This document shows, piece by piece, positions 55,004 through 64,000 of a DNA stretch of 64,000 bases (position 1 is the stretch's first letter; each line of letters begins with the position of its first letter). The stretch is taken from contig OX597836.1 in NCBI GenBank assembly GCA_951406725.2, positions 11,222,001-11,286,000 on the forward strand, in the 5' to 3' direction. A program made the translations under genes and the position numbers. The notes under the pieces are model-generated. The model did no database searches. It saw only the letters and a program-made list of their open reading frames with translations, and was not told where the DNA came from. Origin of the DNA: Octopus vulgaris. Lineage: Eukaryota.

Positions 55004-55230
55004 CTTTACTGCCCACAAAGGGCTAAACATAGAGGGGACAAACAAGGACAGACAAAGGGATTAAGTCGATTACATCGACCCCAGTGCGTAACTGGTACTT
55101 TATTTATCGACCTCGAAAGGATGAAAGGCAAAGTCGACCTCGGCGGAATTTGAACTCAGAACGTAACGGCGGACGAAATACGGCTACGCATTTCGCCCGG
55201 CGTCCTAACGTTTCTACCAGCTCACCGCCT
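55001..55230 (-). mobile_element. SINE family B, full length
   Basis: Reverse complement of 41885-42106. Confidence 0.92.
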
Positions 55231-55690
55231 TATATATTTATATATTTATATATATTTATACATACATACATGTATTTGATGGATTTATGTATGTACGTAT
55301 ATCCGTATGTATGGATGCGCTTTGAAATTTCTGACTGAATATTAATACTCTCCGTTTATTTTACTGAATATAATTTTCCCCTTTTAACGCCTTCCTCTTT
55401 GACTCCATACTATTTCCCTCATATAATTCATGCTTATTTCCCTTATATTAACTCTCCAGCATTGCATTTAAATTTTGGGCTAGAAATCAATTCCGTATCT
55501 TAAACGCCATATTAATATCACTCCCCCATTTATAACACTAGAATAATATATTCCACCTTAAGAATTATATATTCGGAAGTTTATGATCAATGCGCCATGA
55601 ATTTTTATCATGACCTGTATATATATTTAATCGAAGCTACATAATGTGTGTATGTATGTATGCATGTATGTATGTATGTATGTATGTATG

Positions 55691-55721
<31 letters not shown>

Positions 55722-55905
55722 CTATATATCTATATATCTATCTATCTTTCTATCTATCTATCTACCTGTCTCTCTGTATGTATATCTGTCCACTTATATA
55801 GATTGGTAGAAGAACAGATAGTTACATATGATATATATACGTATATTTACGTTTATATATTCATGTATGTATATATATACTTGTGTGTGTGTTTTTGTGA
55901 TATAC

Positions 55906-56006
<101 letters not shown>

Positions 56007-56272
56007 ATATATATACACAGGTACATAGATATATAGATGGATTACTTCCTGCACAAATTTTATTCATATAATACGAATCACGTAGGTAATTTTTTAACTT
56101 GGTTTAATTTTTAATATTCTGTCACTACCTCCAGGCTTCGAAGTCACACTCATATTAAATCTCTGTTTTATTGAGAAACTTACCATTTAAAATTTAATTA
56201 AATACAGAATTCCCAACGTTATTTTGTTATGATTATGATTATTATTATTATTATTACTTTTATTTTTATTAC

Positions 56273-56368
<96 letters not shown>

Positions 56369-56433
56369 CATTATTATTATTATTATTATTATCATTATTA
56401 TTATTATTATCATTATTATTATTATTATTATTA

Positions 56434-56488
<55 letters not shown>

Positions 56489-56986
56489 CATTATTATTAT
56501 TATTATTATCATTATTATTATTATTATTATTATTCATAAAAAAATGATATAATATACTTTCACTTTCGCAAACAATATCCTCTTATACATATTTATTTAT
56601 TATTTCTCAAAACATCTGTATTATTTTCGACCATACCGGTCTCTCTCTCCCACTCTCTCTCTCTCTCTCTCTCACTTTCTCACTCTCTCTCTCTCTCTCT
56701 CTGCATTTATCATTGTTGTCGGTTTTGCTTCTTGTAGCTTTTATTATTATTATTATTATGTATTTATTATTATTTTGCTCTCTTTTAATGGCCTCTTCAG
56801 ATCGTCTCTCTTCTGCTTTATAATTCATCGGCGCCCTGTAAATTATATATTACATATTTTAGAAAAAAATTATTTTTTATGCTTCTATGGTTTCTTAAAA
56901 AGGACTGTATTCACAAACCCGTAAGCATTTTCCTAAGTACATACATAGACACAAACATACAAACCGTATCCACACATACACACACA

Positions 56987-57055
<69 letters not shown>

Positions 57056-57297
57056 CTATATATTTTATTTATATATATAAAAACATATGTAATATACACT
57101 CATATATATTTACATATATATATACATATACATAAATATATACATATAGATATATACATGTATATAGATAGATATATACATATATATATATATATATATA
57201 GTAATATACATATATATATAGAAATATACATATATAGAGAGAGATATACATATATATATATAGGTATATACATATATATAGAGATAGATAGATGCAT

Positions 57298-57350
<53 letters not shown>

Positions 57351-57625
57351 GTATATGTGTGTGTGTGTGTGTGTGCTTGCTTATATGAATGGATATTGTA
57401 TGCGTATCTTTCTCTAAATATTCATAATTGTTATTAAGTGTATATGCATACAAATAAGTGTATTTTTCCATAGAAATTACCATATGCAGATTCAGGATGT
57501 TTATTATTTATGTATATTTGCGTCGGTGACAAAGTATATTCGTGTGTATGAGTGCTTATATATTCATATCATTGTGGGAGTTGAATATTATATGTGTATG
57601 TATCATATGCGTGCGCATGCATATG

Positions 57626-57706
<81 letters not shown>

Positions 57707-57719
57707 GTATATATATATA

Positions 57720-57866
57720 TGGGTGTGTGGTAAGAAGCTTCCTTCCAAACCACATGGTTCCGGATTCAGTTCCACTGCGTGGTACACTGGGCGTCTTCTA
57801 CTATAGCCTCGGGCCGACCAAACCTTGTGAGTAGATTTGGTAGACGGAAGCGGAAAGAAGCCCGTC

Positions 57867-57909
<43 letters not shown>

Positions 57910-58120
57910 TATGTATGTATTTGTCACCCTCCACCATCGCTTGACAACCTGATTTTGGTGTGTTCACGTCCCCGTAGCTTAGCGGATTGGCCAAAGAACA
58001 CGATAGAATAAGTAGTAGGCTTACAAAGTATAAGTCCTGGAGTCGATTTGTTCCACGAAAGATGTTGCTCCAGCATGACCTCAGTCAAATAACTGAAACA
58101 AGTAAAGGAAATAAAATAAG
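57720..58120 (+). mobile_element. SINE family A, full length
   Basis: Colinear with the family exemplars. Confidence 0.88.
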
Positions 58121-58146
58121 AAAGGTAGATATATGTGTATCTATCA

Positions 58147-58229
<83 letters not shown>

Positions 58230-59341
58230 GAGTGGCTTAGTTGTTAGACTGTTACATTCGGTAGGTCGTGGGTTCGATTGCTCGACCAAGTTTCACGTTG
58301 TGTTTAGAATTTTTATATTAAATACCTAAATTTATATTTGGTCGGAGCTCACATTAAACATTATAATTGTAATTTAATAAAAAAAATATTCCAAACTTTG
58401 GGTCTGTATATATGTGTATGTGTGTGTAGATGTGTGTGAATGTGTGTTTGTTTGCGTGCGTCTGTGTGTATGTGTGTGTGTGTTTGTTTGAGTCTGTTCC
58501 ACGCCACTGCTGTTGGTGTGCTTACATCGATTTTCAGCAAAAGAGTAAAAATAAGGAGCAGGGTCTAGTTTTTTGACTAAAAAAATTCTTTAAAAGCGCC
58601 GCCCAAACATGTCCGCAGACTAATGATTAAAACATGTAAAAAAAAACTCAAAGATCACAGACACGCCGCAATTTAGCTTAGAAGTCACGTGTTAGATATT
58701 CAAAACCACTACAGCAGAACGGGTACAGTAACCAGTTCATAGAGAGTGCGACGAAAGTTTTAACATAAAGTAATAAATCTTTAAATGAACTCAGCAGTTT
58801 TGTGTGTTTTTCAATGGTTAATATGTAATTGCTTGAATTAGTCATAAAACAAACAAAATAAATAAGATACAATAAACGAGTATCGATATTTTACTACAAT
58901 TTTCAATCGGCACGAATTATAATAGTGACTCAATGGCCGATGCTTTTCGGCATGGTAATTATCAAATGTTTGATAAGTGTCATAAAAGAAAATCTGCGAT
59001 TTTGAGTCACGTTTTAGCTTCTACCAATTAATGAGAAAAAAAAAATATATATATATGATAATCACTATTTCTGTAATAATATATATACGTTCGTGAGTGT
59101 GAATAATATCTGTGTGTGTGTCTGTGTGTGGGTTTGTGTATGCGAGTGCACGCTCAAACGAACAGGCGCGCAACCATTAATGGCGGTTATGAAGGCGGAA
59201 AACTGTCATGTAAACGCCTGGTGACGTACCTAATCAGCATTTAACATGATTTAACGATGGAGCCTGTTCTCTCACCGATTGTTAAGCCATGTAAGCGTAA
59301 ACAGGAACGCACATGCCTCCATGTACATAGACATGCATACA

Positions 59342-59388
<47 letters not shown>

Positions 59389-59393
59389 GTGTA

Positions 59394-59428
<35 letters not shown>

Positions 59429-59570
59429 TGTGTGTGTGTGTGTGTGTATGTGTGTGTGTCTATACATATATATATACATATACATGTATATATATGTATA
59501 TATATATATGTATATATATATACATATATATACATGTATATATATGTATATATATGTATATATATATGTA

Positions 59571-59621
<51 letters not shown>

Positions 59622-59666
59622 ATGCATATATATACACACATATAAACATATATATACATACATACG

Positions 59667-59703
<37 letters not shown>

Positions 59704-59766
59704 GTATATATGTATATGTGTGTATATATATACATATATATGCAAGTATATATATATATATGTATA

Positions 59767-59797
<31 letters not shown>

Positions 59798-59833
59798 ATG
59801 TATATGTATATATAGTGACAGAGAAAGTGACGC

Positions 59834-59869
<36 letters not shown>

Positions 59870-60345
59870 GACGATGACGAACTTCCTCAAATATAAATTT
59901 AATAAGTCGTTCGATGTCAAACAAAACACAATCCTCCATGCTTTTGTTTCATTTTTGAAATAAGCAGATAATTGAAACATTGCAAGTCACAATACTCGCT
60001 ACGGTTTCCCATTGTCGACTGTTTTGTCAAAACAACATTAAAACCGAGATTTACACACATACACACGCACACAGACACATGAACACGCCCACACGCATGT
60101 GTATCGCCATGAGAGTGCACGCAGTTTTAAAGATAACCGCAAGGTCGAACACCATCACGTAGATCTTTGTAGAGATATTCACACATCCTCCCCCACCACA
60201 CACACGTATTTAGTAGCATGATATTTAATGGTGTTCGTGGAAATGAATTTTCCATGACGTATTCTACATCGGTTTGCAGTGACAAGTTCATATATATATA
60301 TGTATATATATAAATATATATATACATATATATATACATATATGT

Positions 60346-60407
<62 letters not shown>

Positions 60408-60419
60408 GTAAAGTATAGA

Positions 60420-60647
60420 AGCCATCTTATCATGGCTAACCACATTGGGGAGGGGGTGTTACTGTAGCTTTATAGCCCCAAGAGATCTTCGTCTCTATCT
60501 GGCTCTAGACACAATATCTGTGTCCTTGGAGTATTTGCAAAGGGAGGCCATCCCTTCCTCGCAAGCCTGAGTGATACACTCGAACTAGGTTCGGGATTGT
60601 TGTCCCTCGTCAACGGGCGGTAACCACCAGGTAGCGATGAAAAATCT
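60420..60647. other. GC-richer unclassified insert between TA-rich tracts, probably a repeat fragment
   Basis: Sharp composition change; followed by ctaatttttccctgtaagtttgga, also seen at about 22885-22908. Confidence 0.35.
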
Positions 60648-60699
60648 AATTTTTCCCTGTAAGTTTGGATTTACTCCCTAATATTATTATTATTATAAT

Positions 60700-60748
<49 letters not shown>

Positions 60749-60848
60749 TTATATATACGTATATATATATGTTTATATAAATATATACATATATGCATAC
60801 ATATATGTTTCATTAATACATACATATATGTGCATATATATGTGTACT

Positions 60849-60879
<31 letters not shown>

Positions 60880-60880
<1 letters not shown>

Positions 60881-61260
60881 CACGGCGTCCTTCTGTCAGT
60901 TTCCATCTAGCAAGTCACCTCACGAGGCTTTGGTCGGTCTAAGGCGATAGAAGAAGATACTTGCCCAAGGTGCCACTCAAGAATGTGGCTGAGAAGTAAA
61001 CTTCTTACCACTCAGGCGTACCTGTGCCTATATCTTTGTAATATTATTAAAATTATAAAGCGGCGAGCTGGCACAAAAACTTACCACGCTGGGCGAAATG
61101 CTTAGCGTTCTGAGTTCAAATTGCGCCGAGGTCGACGTTGTCTTTCATCCTTTCGGGGTCGATAAAGTAAGCACCAGTTGCATATTGGAGTAGATGTAAT
61201 CGACTGCCCCACTCCCTCAAAAAAATGGGCCTTTTGCCTAGAATAGAAAAGAATGTTATT
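60880..61260. mobile_element. SINE A 5' half (-, 60880-61030) and SINE B (+, 61060-61260)
   Basis: Homology to the family exemplars. Confidence 0.85.
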
Positions 61261-61964
61261 AAAATGATCGAATGATGAAAACAAGTGTTTACAAACTGAA
61301 CGTGTGTGGTATTTGTCACAGAAAGAAATTCCTAATAAGCGACTAATAAACTTTATGCTAATTTTATTCATAAAATGCATTTTCTAATTAAAATTAAAAG
61401 TGCAATTGTTCAGGCAACGTTTAATTAAATTTCTAATCAGCATGTGATCCATGTTTCTACAGAACTAATTATGTTGACAATTTTTATTTTCGTTAATGAA
61501 TTGACGTCAAACTTTATGCGGTTAAACTGAGTCGTCTGAAAACAAGTCCAGTAGCACTATTCCGATATTCAACTTATCAGCCATTTACATGCCTTCACCC
61601 CTGCCTTGGCTGTATAGAATATATCTATAAGTAGATATGCTTGTATGCATGTGTGAGTGTCTGTGTATGTGTTTGTGGGTGTGTATATATAACGCGGAGT
61701 AGATGAAACAGAGGCGACTGAAGAAGGGGAATTTTCCTTGTTTTGTATGTCCTGTACTCTATTTTTTCGTTGTTTTAAAAAAATGTCCATTTCCTTGGTT
61801 TTGCGTTTGTTTTCGATCCTCAATGTGTTCATCGTTTTTTTGGTGTCCTGTACCCTTATATGAATGTATATATACATGTAGAGGTAGGTACGTACATATA
61901 TGTATGTATATATGCATATGTTTTAGTTATTAATTTTTTTATGTGTATTATATTTATTATATGC

Positions 61965-62323
61965 GTATCGTGACTGCGGTAAGACACTTGTTTCTCAAGC
62001 ACTCGTTCCTCGGTTCAGTCCCAGTGCGTGACACCTTGGGGTAACTGTCTTCTATTATAGCTTCGGGCCGATCAAAGCCTTGTGAGTGGAGGACTTGGTA
62101 GAGGGAAACTCGAAGAAGCCCGAAGTATATATATATATATATATATATACGTATATTTGTGTGTCTGTGTCTGTTTTTGTCCCCCGCACCGATGTTGGTG
62201 TGCTTGCTTCCCCTTGACCAGCAGAAAAAAACCTGATAGAATAAGTACCGGGGTCAATTTGTTCGACTAAAGGTGATGCTCCATCATGGCCGCAGTTAAA
62301 TGACTGAAACAAACAAAGGAAAT

Positions 62324-62325
<2 letters not shown>
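61965..62325 (+). mobile_element. SINE family A, degenerate
   Basis: ggttcagtcccagtgcgtgacaccttggg...catggccgcagttaaatgactgaaac. Confidence 0.85.
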
Positions 62326-62371
<46 letters not shown>

Positions 62372-62384
62372 TATGCGCCCTTTT

Positions 62385-62660
62385 CAAGTATAGCCAGGCT
62401 CATGGGCCCGGTTTCCCGGTTTCTGTGGCGTAAGTGTTCCACCCACTGAACGGGATCCCAGTCCATCGCAGCGTTACTCAAGAAACAGGAAGAGAGAGTG
62501 AGAGAAAGTTGTGGGGAAAGAGTACAACAGGGGTCGCCACCAGCCCCTGCCGGAAACTCGTGGAGCCTTTACGTGTTGTTGCTCAATAAACACACACAAC
62601 GCCCGGTCTGGGAATCGAAACCGCGAGTCCGCTGCCCTAATCACTGAGCCATTGCACCTC
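62385..62660 (-). mobile_element. tRNA-Arg-like SINE (family R) with V-domain-like tail
   Basis: Minus strand ctgcgatggactgggatcccgttcag..gaaaccgggaaaccggg after the family R head and body. Confidence 0.88.
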
Positions 62661-62757
62661 CATACACACACACACATACACGCATACACACATATGTGTG
62701 TGTTTGTGTGTGCCTGTGTGTGCAAGCACATACGTATATATGTATATATATGTATGT

Positions 62758-62802
<45 letters not shown>

Positions 62803-62929
62803 AATGTATAATCAAAACATACATTATGTGTAGTCGTTAATGTTTACAACGACACTGCTGTTTGTAATTGATAATTGAGAATGTGTATCTGTGTGTGTGT
62901 GCGGTTGCATGTATATATATACATATGTG

Positions 62930-62991
<62 letters not shown>

Positions 62992-63416
62992 TGTATGTAT
63001 GCATGCATATATAAATGAAACGGGGAAATTATGAATAAATTTCATACATGAAAACAACGCCTATCTTTGCACAAAAAGTTTCGTTTGAAACTAAAATTTA
63101 ACTAATGTATATATATGCGATTTAGCGAACATAATATCGAGATTTTGAACTTTATTTCAGGTCAGATTCATTAGATCTCGTGGTAGATGGTGTCACGTGT
63201 TATCTATAGAAGCTCCATACCTCCTAGCAAATTCTTGCGATAGCATCGATTTTATTGGAAAACAAGGGATGAAAAAAATCTATAATCTATTATGTCTATA
63301 AGAACAAACAATATGAATGTGTGTGTATGTATGTATATATATGTGTGTGTATTTTTGTGGGTGTGTATGTCTGTATGTATGTATATGCGTATGCATATAT
63401 GTATGTATATAGTTAT

Positions 63417-63706
63417 GAAGGCGCATGGCTTAGTGGTTGAGGTGTTGCACTCACGATTGCGAGATCGTGGGTTCGATCCCCAAACCGGGCGTTGCGTTGT
63501 GTTTTTGAGCAAAGCACTTCATTTCACGTTGCTCTGTGATCATTTTGACATCTGACACCCGTTGCACCTGAACAGGTAATGTCGATCTGATGGAGGGAAT
63601 GAGATGAAATGTACACAAGCATTTGATCACTATAAACAAATTTGTGTGAATTTTCGGCAAGAAATTGTCGAATTCTCATACATTGTCTAACTACGGGAGA
63701 GTCCAT
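63417..63706 (+). mobile_element. tRNA-derived SINE family D
   Basis: A box tggcttagtgg, B box ggttcgatccc, CORE-like ttgagcaaagcacttcatttcac. Confidence 0.85.
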
Positions 63707-64000
63707 CGTATACGTCTATATATATGTATGTGTGCGTGTGCGTGTGCGTATGCATATATGCATGTATGTATGTATGCATGTTTGTATGTACATATCAAAG
63801 GTTAGTAGAGTTAGAGGTTGGAATAACCGTCTAAAGGATAAAAGTACCCGTTATACTACCGATATAATTACCTTTTTTAACCCTGGACATACATGTTCCA
63901 GATCGGATTTATTACCAAATATGATGACTTTTATTTTAGCATATCAATGGCAATACCACATAACACTGGAAGCAGAAACAGCTGTTAGACGGGATGCAGT

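Noticed and set aside
60540-60640. HDV-like ribozyme suggested by ttcctcgc and tccctcgt loops
   Set aside because: Could not assemble P1, P1.1, P2 and P4 with the catalytic C.

Overview
This is AT-rich eukaryotic non-coding DNA, intronic or intergenic, saturated with microsatellites and interspersed repeats. The repeat content resembles an octopus or other coleoid cephalopod genome; that is an inference from the SINE types, not a database match. No intact cellular gene, rRNA, tRNA gene or CRISPR array is visible, and almost every entry in the ORF track is a translated microsatellite. The only recognisable coding remnants are transposon fragments: R4/Dong-type restriction-like-endonuclease retrotransposon 3' ends, Tx1/L1-type ORF2 pieces and one internally deleted Tc1/mariner element. 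At least five tRNA-derived SINE families occur in dozens of copies, some nested, dimeric or tail-swapped. The most notable structure is about a dozen short, mostly microsatellite-flanked elements carrying minimal type I hammerhead-ribozyme motifs with palindromic stem III, a hallmark of Penelope-like elements, often next to fold-back palindromes. Further signals are apparent partitioning of element families among microsatellite motifs, a SINE tail matching the Tx1 3' end, and three weak candidate minus-strand exons. All coordinates and alignments were read by eye, so repeat boundaries are approximate.
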